The translations under genes were made by a program, and so were the position numbers. A stretch of DNA of 64,000 nucleotides from Leptonemataceae bacterium (GTDB lineage: Bacteria > Spirochaetota > Leptospiria > Leptospirales > Leptonemataceae): NCBI GenBank assembly GCA_965227295.1, contig OZ245742.1, positions 4,000,001 to 4,064,000 on the forward strand. The letters are read 5' to 3'. This document shows positions 8,716 through 18,698 of this stretch, piece by piece; the stretch's first letter is position 1, and every line of letters begins with the position of its first letter. The notes beneath the pieces were generated by a model. That model was given only the letters and a program-made list of their open reading frames with translations. It did not search any database and was not told the DNA's origin.

Positions 8716-11214
8716 TCACTCAATCAGCTTCCGGATCTCCGCCGCATTCGGCGCGTTCGGGTACAGCTCCAGATACTTCTGCAAGTGCGCCTTCGCATCC
8801 CGCGGGCGGTTCAGATCGCGGTACAGCAGCAGCCCGAGTTGCTCGTTCGCCTGCACGTGATTCGGCTGCACCGCGAGCAACGAGGCATATGTACTGGCCG
8901 CGGCCTGGTAGTCGTTGGTGTCCCGGTACGAAAGCGCCAGGTTCAGATAAGCTTCCGCACGCCGTGACTTAATGCGAATGGCGTTCTTGTAGGCGCGCCG
9001 GGCCTCGGCGTGCTCGTCAAGTTTGCGGTAGAGATTGCCCGCGTTGAAATGCAGCCGATAATCGCTTGTGTTCGTCGTCGTCGCGCGACGCATCACCGAA
9101 ACGGCGTCGAGGCGCTGGCCGGATTTCAGGAGCAGCGGCACCGCTTCGATGGCGGCGTCGGCGTGACCGGGATTCAGCTTCAACGCCCGTTCGAAGGCGG
9201 CGAGGGCGGCCTGGTCTTCGCCGCTGTCCCGGTGCAATCGACCGATCGTGTAATGCAGGGCGGGGTCGTCGGGCTTTACCTTCGAAGCGGATTCCAACGC
9301 CTGGAGGGCGCCGGCCGTGTCACCGCTCTTCGAAAGGGCGAGGGCCAGGTTGAAATGCGCCTCGTAACGTTTCGGTTCCAGCTGCACGGCGCGACCGTAA
9401 GCCTCGGCGGCGGACTTGTGATCGCGCTTCATCGAATACAGTTCCCCGCGCTGATAATGCAGCGCGGCGACTTTCGGATGTTGGCGGCTCTGCGTTTCCA
9501 GAACATCGAGGGCCTTCGAACTACGCCGTTTTTGTTTCAGCAAAATGGCCAGATTGAGCGCGGCCTGCCAGCGATCCGGATCGCGTTCCAGGAGATCTTC
9601 ATACGTATGAATGGCTTCGTTCGTGCGGCCGGCCTTCGCCTGACTGACGCCCAGGTTAAAGCGCGCCTGGTGTAAGTTTGGAGCGAGCTGCACGGCATCC
9701 GCAAAGTAACGCACCGCATCGGCGTAGCGGCGTTCGCGGAAGTGGATCTCACCGAGATAGTAGCGGGGCCGGTGATCTTTGGGGCCCAGGTTGGCGGAGC
9801 GTACGTAGGCGGCCCGGGCGTCCTGGTGCCGGCCGGTCCGATCATACACGCGACCGGTGAAGTAGTGGACCTCGCCGTCCTTCGGCGCCAGGCTTGCGGC
9901 GCGGCGAAAACTCTCGAGGGCGCGGTCGTACTCTTTTTCTTCGTAGAAACGTTTGCCCTCGGCTTTGAGATCGGTCACGGACTGGCCGCGGCCCGGGTCT
10001 TCGAAAACGTCCGACGAAAGCGCCGCGGTGACTTCGCGGCCGGCGCGGTCCGTCACCGTGACCAGCACGCCGTCTTCGTTAGCTGCTTCTGAGCTTGAAT
10101 TAGGGGCCTCGCCGTTCGTTTCACCGGACGCATCGAAGCCGGCCACGGTAATGGCGCCGTTCGGATCCACCGCCAGGTCGAAGACGTCCGACGGCAGTTC
10201 GTTCGTTGCCTGTTCATCGTGGGCCAGGCTTTGCGCGGGAGTGCGGGCGGTGCGTTGGGCCGCGAGAAACTTCGAGCGCAGGATGCGATTGTCAATGTCG
10301 TAACGTAAGGCCATGCGATAGGCCAACTCTACGGCGGCCGCGGGCGCGTTCGTCGCGCGGCGCAGATCGCCCACGCGTTCCCATACTCTGGCCTGGCGTT
10401 CGTCCAGGTGGACGGAGCGTTCGTAGGCGGCGAGGGCCCCGGTGAGATCGCTACCGCGTCGTTCCTTGCCGAAACGGACTTCGTAGGCGCGGCCGAGCGC
10501 GAGCCAGTTCTCCGCGGTCTCCGGCTTCGCGCGCACGGCGGCTTCCAGAACCTGCACGGCCTCGTGGACCCGGCCCTGTTTCAACAGGTACACGCCCTTG
10601 TTCTTTAAGGCAACGCTGCTCGTGGGATTGTTGCGAATGCCTTCGTTCAGGACTTCCTCGGCCGCCTCGCGATCGCCTTCTTCTTCGAAGACGGCCGCGC
10701 GCTTCGCGTACGATTCAGGATGCCCCGGTTCCACCCGGGAGGCGGTCTCGTACTCGAAGACGGCGTCCTCGGTGCGGCCCTCGATGTGGCGGACGTCGCC
10801 GCGGCGGTTGTAGGCCGGGGCGCGGTCCGGCAGCATGGCGGAAGCATCGGCGGCACTACCCCAGGCAGCGGGCAGGCGGCCTGCCTCTAACTGTCGCTCG
10901 GACAATCTTACCATCACGGCGTACTTTTGTTCGCGGACGATGCCCTCCAGTTGCAGGGCCCGTTCCAGGACCGCAATAGACCGGGGCAGATCACCGCGGA
11001 GCCTGTGCAGATGGGCGAGGTCCAGGTAGTCGTAGAGGGCGCCGGCGTCGTCGTCCAGGCGGGCTTCCAGCTCCGCGATCTCGGCGGCCAGGGCGTCCCC
11101 GGGTAAATCGGTCTGGCCGCGCTGGTAGAGATTGTAACCCAGGGCCAGGCAGAGGAACAGGGCCCCGCCGATCATAACGTCCAGGGCGCGACGATTCCGA
11201 AAGAGTGCGTACAT
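8716..11214 (-). CDS. Membrane-anchored multi-TPR protein
   Basis: N-terminal hydrophobic helix followed by many TPR motifs; AAAAAGG before ATG at 11214. Confidence 0.85.
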   Translation of the reverse strand: MYALFRNRRALDVMIGGALFLCLALGYNLYQRGQTDLPGDALAAEIAELEARLDDDAGALYDYLDLAHLHRLRGDLPRSIAVLERALQLEGIVREQKYAVMVRLSERQLEAGRLPAAWGSAADASAMLPDRAPAYNRRGDVRHIEGRTEDAVFEYETASRVEPGHPESYAKRAAVFEEEGDREAAEEVLNEGIRNNPTSSVALKNKGVYLLKQGRVHEAVQVLEAAVRAKPETAENWLALGRAYEVRFGKERRGSDLTGALAAYERSVHLDERQARVWERVGDLRRATNAPAAAVELAYRMALRYDIDNRILRSKFLAAQRTARTPAQSLAHDEQATNELPSDVFDLAVDPNGAITVAGFDASGETNGEAPNSSSEAANEDGVLVTVTDRAGREVTAALSSDVFEDPGRGQSVTDLKAEGKRFYEEKEYDRALESFRRAASLAPKDGEVHYFTGRVYDRTGRHQDARAAYVRSANLGPKDHRPRYYLGEIHFRERRYADAVRYFADAVQLAPNLHQARFNLGVSQAKAGRTNEAIHTYEDLLERDPDRWQAALNLAILLKQKRRSSKALDVLETQSRQHPKVAALHYQRGELYSMKRDHKSAAEAYGRAVQLEPKRYEAHFNLALALSKSGDTAGALQALESASKVKPDDPALHYTIGRLHRDSGEDQAALAAFERALKLNPGHADAAIEAVPLLLKSGQRLDAVSVMRRATTTNTSDYRLHFNAGNLYRKLDEHAEARRAYKNAIRIKSRRAEAYLNLALSYRDTNDYQAAASTYASLLAVQPNHVQANEQLGLLLYRDLNRPRDAKAHLQKYLELYPNAPNAAEIRKLIE

Positions 11215-11243
11215 GGTATTACCTTTTTCCTGCGAGTGTGGGC

Positions 11244-12131
11244 TCACAGATCATCCAGCTCGATGATGCTTTCGCCTTTATTATCGGACTTCTCGCCCTC
11301 GAATCGACCCGGCATGTACGGAACTCTGCTGTCCGTACCTTCCGGAACTTCGTCTTTTTCGCCGGCGAAGCTAAAGTTCGGGTCTCTCAGCAGTTCCAGG
11401 GCCTGATCAATCTGCGGGCCCTGAGGGTCGTCCGGGGCCAGCTCGCGATATTTTTCCCAATGTGCGATGGTGGCGTCTTTATCGCGCCGGAGTCCGTAGG
11501 CGATCAGGCCCAGGTAAAAGTGGCAGAGATGAAAATTCGGGCGGGCTTCCAGGGCGGCCTCGAAGGCCTGGGCCGCAGCGTCCGCGTTTTTCTGTAAGTA
11601 ATAGACCTGACCCAGGCGAAAGAACTCTTCCTCCGGGTACGGGGAGAGTTCCCGGGCGATCTGGAAGTTCTGTTCGGCCGCCTCCAGTTCGCGGCGCAGC
11701 AAGTAGATGTCCCCGGCATAGCGATAGGCGAGGGCGGTCTCCGGCTCGCGTTCGGATACACGCTCGAAGAGCTTCAGCGCAATGTGATAACGTTTGGCGA
11801 AGAAATGCTGCTCGGCCCGGGCGAGCAACTCGCGACTCTCCGGATTTTCGATGCGTTCGACATAAGCCGCGCGGATTTCCTCGGGGGTTTTTTCGACCTC
11901 AGCCGGTGTGTCGGTGGATTCGGTCCGGGATTCGCCCGCGCCTTCGGTGGTGTCGGCTGATTCGTCGGACGGTGCGTCGTTTGTGCTATCGTTCGGGGTC
12001 CGGTTTGTACTTTGCGATGCGTCCGCCGGATTCGCCGGGGTTTGTTCCGCATAAACGGGGACAATGCACAGGCACAGCAGCGCCAGGATTGTACTTCGCA
12101 GTCCGGTCATTGTTAGTAAGATCGGCGGCAT
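11244..12131 (-). CDS. Exported TPR protein
   Basis: Signal peptide, polar linker, TPR motifs (FRLGQVYYLQK, HFYLGLIAY). Confidence 0.8.
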   Translation of the reverse strand: MPPILLTMTGLRSTILALLCLCIVPVYAEQTPANPADASQSTNRTPNDSTNDAPSDESADTTEGAGESRTESTDTPAEVEKTPEEIRAAYVERIENPESRELLARAEQHFFAKRYHIALKLFERVSEREPETALAYRYAGDIYLLRRELEAAEQNFQIARELSPYPEEEFFRLGQVYYLQKNADAAAQAFEAALEARPNFHLCHFYLGLIAYGLRRDKDATIAHWEKYRELAPDDPQGPQIDQALELLRDPNFSFAGEKDEVPEGTDSRVPYMPGRFEGEKSDNKGESIIELDDL

Positions 12132-12305
12132 GGGAAAGATCTATAGCGGGAAATTTCCGGTATTGATGGGAAGCATATCTTGCGCGAGGGACCCGGAGCG
12201 CGCAACGCGATGAGAGCCCCGGCGCGAAGAGAACCATGTTCGCCCGCTTCTTTCCCGGAATCGGTCTTGACCGATTCTCCGGCGGGGTGTAAGAATGTTC
12301 ATCAC

Positions 12306-13490
12306 ATGGAGGGACTGAAAACCGAACGAAGCGACAAGTTCATCGACCTTCCGTCCCGGATGATCCTTACCACCGCCGGCCTGGATCTCTTCCAGCGCTC
12401 GGGCACGCCGCTCAAACGCATCAGCAATCGCGACGGCTCGGCCTGTGAGGGCCTTGAGTCGCCGAAGTTCAACGCGGCCACCGCGCAGAAAATGGTAATG
12501 AATTCTTACCTGGCGGAGATCTATACCCGCCTGCCCGATCTGCTCACGCGACGCTATCAAATCATCAGCACCAACAATCTCATCGTCTACGCCATTCTGT
12601 ACAAGAAGTTGAGTCCGTCGCTGGCGAAGACCATGTTCGAGACGAACGTGGTCCGCGAGTTCAACCGCAAGAATCCGAAAAACTCCATCGTCGATCTACA
12701 GCACATTTCGCCGAAGCAGGCCGAGACGCTGATCAAGGCCAAGGCCGACACGTTTCGCAAAATCGAGGAAGAGATCATGGCCGTGGTGCGTCAGATGATC
12801 ATGAACGATCCCGCTATTTCGGACGAGGACCGCCAGTCGCGCGTCATGAGCCTGGGCAAGTTCATCAAGTGGATCGACAAACGCATCTGGTTTCTCTACT
12901 ACGTCATCTATCTCACCGACGCGCGCGAGCAGATGCGCAACGTCTTCGCACGAATGGTTGCGCGCTATCTCGATCACACCAAGATCGCCACGCACCTGAG
13001 CAATCTCGTCATGGAGTTTATTCAGAACGCGGAGAAGGCGCACTTCGAGCGAATCATCGTGCGCAACGGCCTGGCCAAACGCGAACACGTCGATAAGTTT
13101 CTACGCAAGCGCGAGAACCGCACGCTCGTAATTTCCGAAGCGAAGAAGGCCGGGCAGTGGCTGGAACTCGCCTGGAACATGAACCCGGAACGCGCCGCCG
13201 TCGGCAGGCAGTATCGCATCTGGATTACGATCTCGAACTACGGCCTCATCGACGAACGCGTGCGCGATAACCTGGCCAAAAAGATGAAGACGAACACCGA
13301 CGGCATCGGCATCGCCGACTTCTATTCCAGCGGCGACGGCGACGCGGACAAACTCGGTGCCGGTCTGGGGCTGTTGTATAACTCGTATCTCGAAGACATC
13401 TGCAAACAAGAAGGCATTCAGTACAAGACGAACATCTTCCCGGAGCCGCAGAAAGAGAAGACCACGGTGCGGATTGAGATTTCGTTGTGA
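12306..13490 (+). CDS. Hypothetical protein with a C-terminal GHKL/HATPase-like region
   Basis: Well-formed ORF from ATG 12306; EFIQNAEKA (N-box-like) and GAGLGLL (G-box-like). Confidence 0.6.
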   Translation: MEGLKTERSDKFIDLPSRMILTTAGLDLFQRSGTPLKRISNRDGSACEGLESPKFNAATAQKMVMNSYLAEIYTRLPDLLTRRYQIISTNNLIVYAILYKKLSPSLAKTMFETNVVREFNRKNPKNSIVDLQHISPKQAETLIKAKADTFRKIEEEIMAVVRQMIMNDPAISDEDRQSRVMSLGKFIKWIDKRIWFLYYVIYLTDAREQMRNVFARMVARYLDHTKIATHLSNLVMEFIQNAEKAHFERIIVRNGLAKREHVDKFLRKRENRTLVISEAKKAGQWLELAWNMNPERAAVGRQYRIWITISNYGLIDERVRDNLAKKMKTNTDGIGIADFYSSGDGDADKLGAGLGLLYNSYLEDICKQEGIQYKTNIFPEPQKEKTTVRIEISL

Positions 13491-13552
13491 TTCGTAGCCG
13501 GTCCGGATTTAAGTGTAAGTGAACTGAGGTTCTCCACAGACTATCAATTCTT

Positions 13553-13670
13553 GCGTTAGCGATCCGGAGGGTGGGCCGCAGGCCCAGTCTCAGCCGTCTT
13601 CGGCTGAGACCGCAGCGATAGCGGAGCCCGGAGGAGCGCGACCCGGAGCGTAGCGGAGGGGAACGCCCAA
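13553..13670 (+). repeat. Family B element, copy 2
   Basis: GCGTTAGCGAT...GCGGAGCCC...AACGCCCAA with internal hairpins. Confidence 0.85.
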
Positions 13671-13847
13671 ATAAATATCGCTTGATTACAAGTTAACGTA
13701 ACAAATATTCAAAGACAAACGAGAATACATCTTGAAGATATGGCTTATACCCGGGGAACCGCCGGCCAGTTGCCTCGCCCGCGTCGAAGGATATCGCGCA
13801 GTTGGTAGCTGCCGTCCCTGACTCTCCTCCTCCGGTAAAAGATCTTC

Positions 13848-14921
13848 CTACAACGAATCCGCTTTCGGCAACAACGAGAAATCCTGCAACAACAGCACGT
13901 TGTACACCGCCAGCATGACGACGATGCCCAGGATGATCGTGATCAACGAAAACATGATCGTGAGGAACACGGTATTCGCCAGCATGCGAAAACCCAGGAA
14001 CGCAAAGGCCGAGGTCATGTCCGCCTCCGGCGCCTGGCTCCGGCCGACCCGCAGATACGCGCGTAGATAAAACACCGTGAGCGCGCCGACGCCGAACAAC
14101 AGCAACAGCGCAAAAAAACCGGGGAACGACAACTGCAGTTTGTAGACCGGCAGCAGAAACAGATTCGCGACCAGCAGCCCCACGCCCATGATCACGACGA
14201 CCTCGATCGTGGCGTCGAGGACCGTGCGATCGCCGGACTGCCGGCGACGATCGCTGCGCATGTGTTCCATGAACTTCGTTTCGGAAAGTTGCATGTCCGG
14301 GGATGTCGGGAGGATGCGCCGGAGCAACACTGCCGCCCCGAGTAGAATCAGCAGAATTTCCAGCGCGGCCACGGCGAGGACTGCCGTGGTATTCTGGAAC
14401 AGCAGCAGTTGACCGTGGCGTGCGGTCAAGAGGCCCGAGCCGATCATCAACATCGAAATGGAAACGATCATCGTGGACATGGGATCGTAGAACCAGTGGC
14501 GCTTGCGGAGGGCCAGCAGACAGAGCACCATCACCGTACACCAGAAGATGTTGATTCCGAGGCGGAAGCTATCCGAGGTGAACGAGCGCGACATGGCCCG
14601 CAGCAGATCCTCGGGGCGCGAATCGCTTTCCAGGAGGGGATCGTCGAACGTGCCCATGAGCGCGCGCTGGACGTAGACGCGTTCGATCAGCCCCGGCGAC
14701 CAGACCCAGCGAACCTCGGTTTCTTTGCGGCTGAGTTCTTCCAGGCGCCGGGACGCCTCTTCCGCCGACTCGCCGGCGTACAGGAACGAGCCCGTGGAGC
14801 GTTCGCGAAACTCCACCGATTCCGAGGGGCTCAGCCCGCTTTCAAAAGCCGGCGCGCCGGTGATGGACGACAGGAAATACAGAAAATACAGGGCGAGTGT
14901 CAGAACATTGAGGCGGGCCAT
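13848..14921 (-). CDS. Hypothetical multi-pass membrane protein
   Basis: Several hydrophobic helices; divergent from lolCE. Confidence 0.7.
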   Translation of the reverse strand: MARLNVLTLALYFLYFLSSITGAPAFESGLSPSESVEFRERSTGSFLYAGESAEEASRRLEELSRKETEVRWVWSPGLIERVYVQRALMGTFDDPLLESDSRPEDLLRAMSRSFTSDSFRLGINIFWCTVMVLCLLALRKRHWFYDPMSTMIVSISMLMIGSGLLTARHGQLLLFQNTTAVLAVAALEILLILLGAAVLLRRILPTSPDMQLSETKFMEHMRSDRRRQSGDRTVLDATIEVVVIMGVGLLVANLFLLPVYKLQLSFPGFFALLLLFGVGALTVFYLRAYLRVGRSQAPEADMTSAFAFLGFRMLANTVFLTIMFSLITIILGIVVMLAVYNVLLLQDFSLLPKADSL

Positions 14922-15031
14922 CGGTTAGCGGAAACGTTTTTGGAAGATGATGCGCTGTCCAGTGAAATCGCAGACTCCTTCCCGTTCTCGGTTGACCCGG
15001 CACTTCGGCGCGGAAAACTGACCTCTCGCGC

Positions 15032-16360
15032 ATGTCCCGCATCTTCCTCGAACTCTTCATTGCCCTGCGCTATCTCCGCGGCCAGGGACGCACCGTGATC
15101 TTCAACCTCGGCACGCGGCTGTCGTTCTTTTTTCTGGCGCTGCTCGTCTACATCATGGTGCTCGTTCTCTGCGTCTTTACGGGTTTCCAGAAAGAAGTGA
15201 ACAAGTCGCTGACGAACTCGGGTTATCACGTCATCGTAAGCCGGCAGCCTTCGGGCCTGCCCATGCGCAACTATCGCGAGGTGTTGCAGAACATCGAAAA
15301 GGATGAGGCCATCGCGGCCCGGGCGCGCTCGGTTTTTCCGAGCATTCAGTTGAACGCGCTCCTGGAAATCGACAACATTTTCGAAGGCAAGGGCCTGCGG
15401 GCGATCCCCGCCACCGAGGACGAACTACGTCGGGGCAAGCTCAAAGACTTTCCGCCCATCGTGCATTACAATCGCGACTATCTTCTGAATTTCAACGAGG
15501 ATAACTACGTGCTCGTCGGCCGGGAGATGGCGCGGTACTACGGCTGGCGTGTGGGCCAGCGCATCCAGTTGTTCATGCCCCGCGGCGGTCTGTTGACCCG
15601 GGGCATTCAGGTCCGCCAGGCCGAGTTTACCATCGCGGGTTTCTTTCGCACGGGCTACTACGAGTTCGATCTCAACTTAATCTTCATGTCACTGCCCACG
15701 GCCCAGCGCGTGTTGCAACTCGGCAACCAGTCCACCGAAATCATCGTCCAGCTCAACGATCTCAGCGACATCGATCGCGTCGAGGCGTTGGTCCGCGACA
15801 GTCTGCCGAAACCGCGCTTCGACTACGCCATCCGCACTATCAAACAGGAGAAAGGCAACTTCCTCGCGGCGTTGCGTCTGGAAAAAACGTTGATGATGAT
15901 CATCCTCTCGCTCCTGATCCTGGCCGGGGTCGCGGGTATCTGGGTGACGGTGCATTTGCTTGTAAAGGCGAAGTCCCGGAGCATCGGCATGCTGCGGGCC
16001 ATGGGGCTGTCCACGCGATCCATCATCGTCATCTTTACGGCGCATTCCATGTTGATCGGCGTGCTGGCCACGGCCGTGGGGGGGAGCATCGGCATTTTCG
16101 TTGCCGAACGTCTGGAAGCGATCATCCAGCTCATGGAGGACGGCACGAACGCCGTGATGGGTTACCTCATGTCCTCGTGGCAGCCCGTTAGTTTTATTCC
16201 GCAGAACATTTATTATTTCGATCACCTGCCGGTTGAGGCGGACCCGGCGGTCATCTTCGGCGTCGCCGTGGCCACCGTGATCCTCTCCGGCCTTGCCGGT
16301 TACTTCCCGTCGCTCCAGGCCGCGCGGGTGGATCCCGTTCGAACCATTCGCACCGAGTAA
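15032..16360 (+). CDS. Lipoprotein-releasing ABC transporter permease (LolC/LolE family)
   Basis: FIALRYLR N-terminus, FtsX-type C-terminus (IGMLRAMG, YFPSLQAARVDPV); followed by lolD. Confidence 0.88.
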   Translation: MSRIFLELFIALRYLRGQGRTVIFNLGTRLSFFFLALLVYIMVLVLCVFTGFQKEVNKSLTNSGYHVIVSRQPSGLPMRNYREVLQNIEKDEAIAARARSVFPSIQLNALLEIDNIFEGKGLRAIPATEDELRRGKLKDFPPIVHYNRDYLLNFNEDNYVLVGREMARYYGWRVGQRIQLFMPRGGLLTRGIQVRQAEFTIAGFFRTGYYEFDLNLIFMSLPTAQRVLQLGNQSTEIIVQLNDLSDIDRVEALVRDSLPKPRFDYAIRTIKQEKGNFLAALRLEKTLMMIILSLLILAGVAGIWVTVHLLVKAKSRSIGMLRAMGLSTRSIIVIFTAHSMLIGVLATAVGGSIGIFVAERLEAIIQLMEDGTNAVMGYLMSSWQPVSFIPQNIYYFDHLPVEADPAVIFGVAVATVILSGLAGYFPSLQAARVDPVRTIRTE

Positions 16361-16382
16361 TGATCACTGAACGTAAGTTAAC

Positions 16383-17099
16383 ATGAGCACGGCAGAAAAC
16401 AACAACGTCCCCGGCGCGACGGCCTCCGGCGAGATCCGCATCTCCTCGCTCATGAAGGAGTTCCGCGGAGAGGGCGAAACGATTACCGTGTTGAACAACC
16501 TGTACCTGGACGTTCCGGCCGGCAGCATTGTCTCCGTGGAGGGCGCGTCCGGGGAGGGCAAGAGCACGCTCTTGAACATCATCGGCACCATCGACCAGGC
16601 GACGTCGGGTACCGTTATCATCGACGGTGCCGAGATCACGTCCATGACCGAGCGCGACAAAGAGGCCTTCCGCGCCGATCGCCTGGGCTTCATCTTTCAG
16701 CATCATTACCTTTTGCCCGATTTCACCGTTCTGGAAAACGTCATGATGCCCATGCTCATCCAGCGCAAGCCGGTGCCGTCCAGCCGGGACGAAGCCGCGA
16801 ACGCACTGAATATGGTCGGCCTGGCGGAGCGCTTGAACCACTATCCCACCCAGATCTCCGGCGGTGAGATGGCCCGGGCCGGCGTGGCCCGTTCCCTGGT
16901 CGGCGGCAAACAACTGATCCTGGCCGACGAACCCACGGGCAACCTGGATCAGCGCAACTCCGATCGCCTCGCGGACTTACTGTGGAAATTACAGGGCGAG
17001 CTTAAGTTCACTTTGTTAATTGTTACCCACGACATGGATCTGGCCGGTCGGGTTCCGGTGCGGTACCGCCTTGCCGGTGGGAACTTAGAGAAACATTAG
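16383..17099 (+). CDS. lolD: Lipoprotein-releasing ABC transporter ATP-binding protein
   Basis: GASGEGKST Walker A, GFIFQHHYLLPDFT, ISGGE, ILADEPTGNLD. Confidence 0.88.
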   Translation: MSTAENNNVPGATASGEIRISSLMKEFRGEGETITVLNNLYLDVPAGSIVSVEGASGEGKSTLLNIIGTIDQATSGTVIIDGAEITSMTERDKEAFRADRLGFIFQHHYLLPDFTVLENVMMPMLIQRKPVPSSRDEAANALNMVGLAERLNHYPTQISGGEMARAGVARSLVGGKQLILADEPTGNLDQRNSDRLADLLWKLQGELKFTLLIVTHDMDLAGRVPVRYRLAGGNLEKH

Positions 17100-17212
17100 A
17101 TTCTTAATTCTTCGCGCCAGGGATTGTAAGGATTATGCCGTCAGGCGCAAGTCCGGAACGAAGCGGAGGTCGCCGTTTCCATATTCTCTGCCTTCTCTGA
17201 TTTCGCCGACCT

Positions 17213-18433
17213 ATGAACTGCACGCACTGCGGAAAAGCCCTCACCGTCCACGTCCTGGAGGGGCCCGAGGGTCGTTGGGAAGAACGCCTCTACTGCGCGG
17301 CGTGTCGGTCGTTCCAGAACCAGCCCGGCGATCGGCGGTGTCTCTACTGCGGCTCCACGTACCGCCGTTTTCTGCGCTCCGGTCTGCTCGGCTGTGCCCG
17401 TTGTTACGATACCTTCGCGGCCGATCTCCAGGACATCGTCGAGAAGTACCGCGGTCGGACGCGGCCGGCGTCCCCGGGACAGAGGACCGCGCACGGACCG
17501 GGCCGGTTGGCCCGGTCCCGGAGTGCGGAGTTGGCCGGCCTGGTTCTGGCGGAGCAGGAAGATGGGACGGCACCGGAAAATCACCTGGAGGGGAGGCCGC
17601 GCGAAGGGAATGGACCGGATCCAATGGCACCGGAGGACCTGCCCCCACCGGCGGCGACCGTCGGAGCGGCCAACCCGGATCGTTCACCAATCCTGGGCTG
17701 CAGGGTACGCCTGGCCCGGAACATCGTCGGGCTGCCGTTCTGGAACCGTCTGGAAGCTTCCGCCCAGGCCCTTTTGAGCAGCAGCCTGCTTTCGCCGTCC
17801 CAGGCGCTCGGTCTGTACTTTGCCCCCGCGGCCAACTATTCCGGGGAGCCTGTATTCGGTGAGGAACTGCATCGCCTGCAACGCTCCGGGATCCTGCCGG
17901 CCCAGGCCGCGGCCGCCCGTCGGGTCCCCGGAAGGGACGTCTGGATCTATACCGGCGACGAGGATCACTTTCGCATCCAGTGGCTTTTCGAGCACGAGCC
18001 GTCTACGGCCTTCGATCCCGTGCGAGAAGTCGAAACCCTGCACCGATCTATCTCGTCTACTATAGAGGAAATCGCCGAGATAGATACGCTCTACGCCTAC
18101 CAGTGGCACGACGATCATGGTTTTTTGACCGCTTGTCCCGGAATCGGCGGGGCGGGGATCCGGCTCTCGATTCTGCTGGATCTGTACGCACTCATGCGCC
18201 GGGGGCGCTGGTCGATCTGGCGGGAACGGCTGATTCAGGCGGGTTTTGAGGTTCGGGGATCCCGGGGCGAAGGGGCCACGCGCTCCGGCGACGAGCGGGT
18301 GCAGGTCTCGAATCGTTTCTGGACTGCGGATGCGGACCTTCGGGCCGAGGCAGGCCGGTTTTTGGAGATTGTAGGGCGGCTGGCAGCCGCCGAAAGTGTG
18401 GAACGCCGGTCCGGAGGCGGGACATCGCTTTAA
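17213..18433 (+). CDS. McsA-like CxxC domain fused to a divergent McsB-like ATP:guanido phosphotransferase domain
   Basis: Four CxxC pairs including GLLGCARCYDTF, then RVRLARNIVGLPF, DEDHFRIQ, GFLTACP, GFEVRG, VQVSN; upstream of clpC. Confidence 0.75.
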   Translation: MNCTHCGKALTVHVLEGPEGRWEERLYCAACRSFQNQPGDRRCLYCGSTYRRFLRSGLLGCARCYDTFAADLQDIVEKYRGRTRPASPGQRTAHGPGRLARSRSAELAGLVLAEQEDGTAPENHLEGRPREGNGPDPMAPEDLPPPAATVGAANPDRSPILGCRVRLARNIVGLPFWNRLEASAQALLSSSLLSPSQALGLYFAPAANYSGEPVFGEELHRLQRSGILPAQAAAARRVPGRDVWIYTGDEDHFRIQWLFEHEPSTAFDPVREVETLHRSISSTIEEIAEIDTLYAYQWHDDHGFLTACPGIGGAGIRLSILLDLYALMRRGRWSIWRERLIQAGFEVRGSRGEGATRSGDERVQVSNRFWTADADLRAEAGRFLEIVGRLAAAESVERRSGGGTSL

Positions 18434-18698
18434 TTTTTAATTATAGTTCCGACAATATATTGAGAGAAAGTCCGAAAACCCCGGCGGGCATTATTTTCCG
18501 TGACAAAGCCTGACGCCCTGGTTTTCCTGGAATGGGGGCAACTCACACGTCCGAACCCTGCGCCGGCACGGGGAAATTTCGGACGTTGTACACAAATAAA
18601 CAGCCGGCCGCGTCACGGGGGTGCATCCTCTGCTGCAAATCAGTCAAAACAAGGCATGTGGCAGTCGGGTTGGATCCAGGTAGTTTTTGGAGAGCTAT

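Noticed and set aside
18434..18698. CtsR box or small RNA upstream of clpC
   Set aside because: No tandem GGTCAAA-type repeat and no convincing structure were seen.
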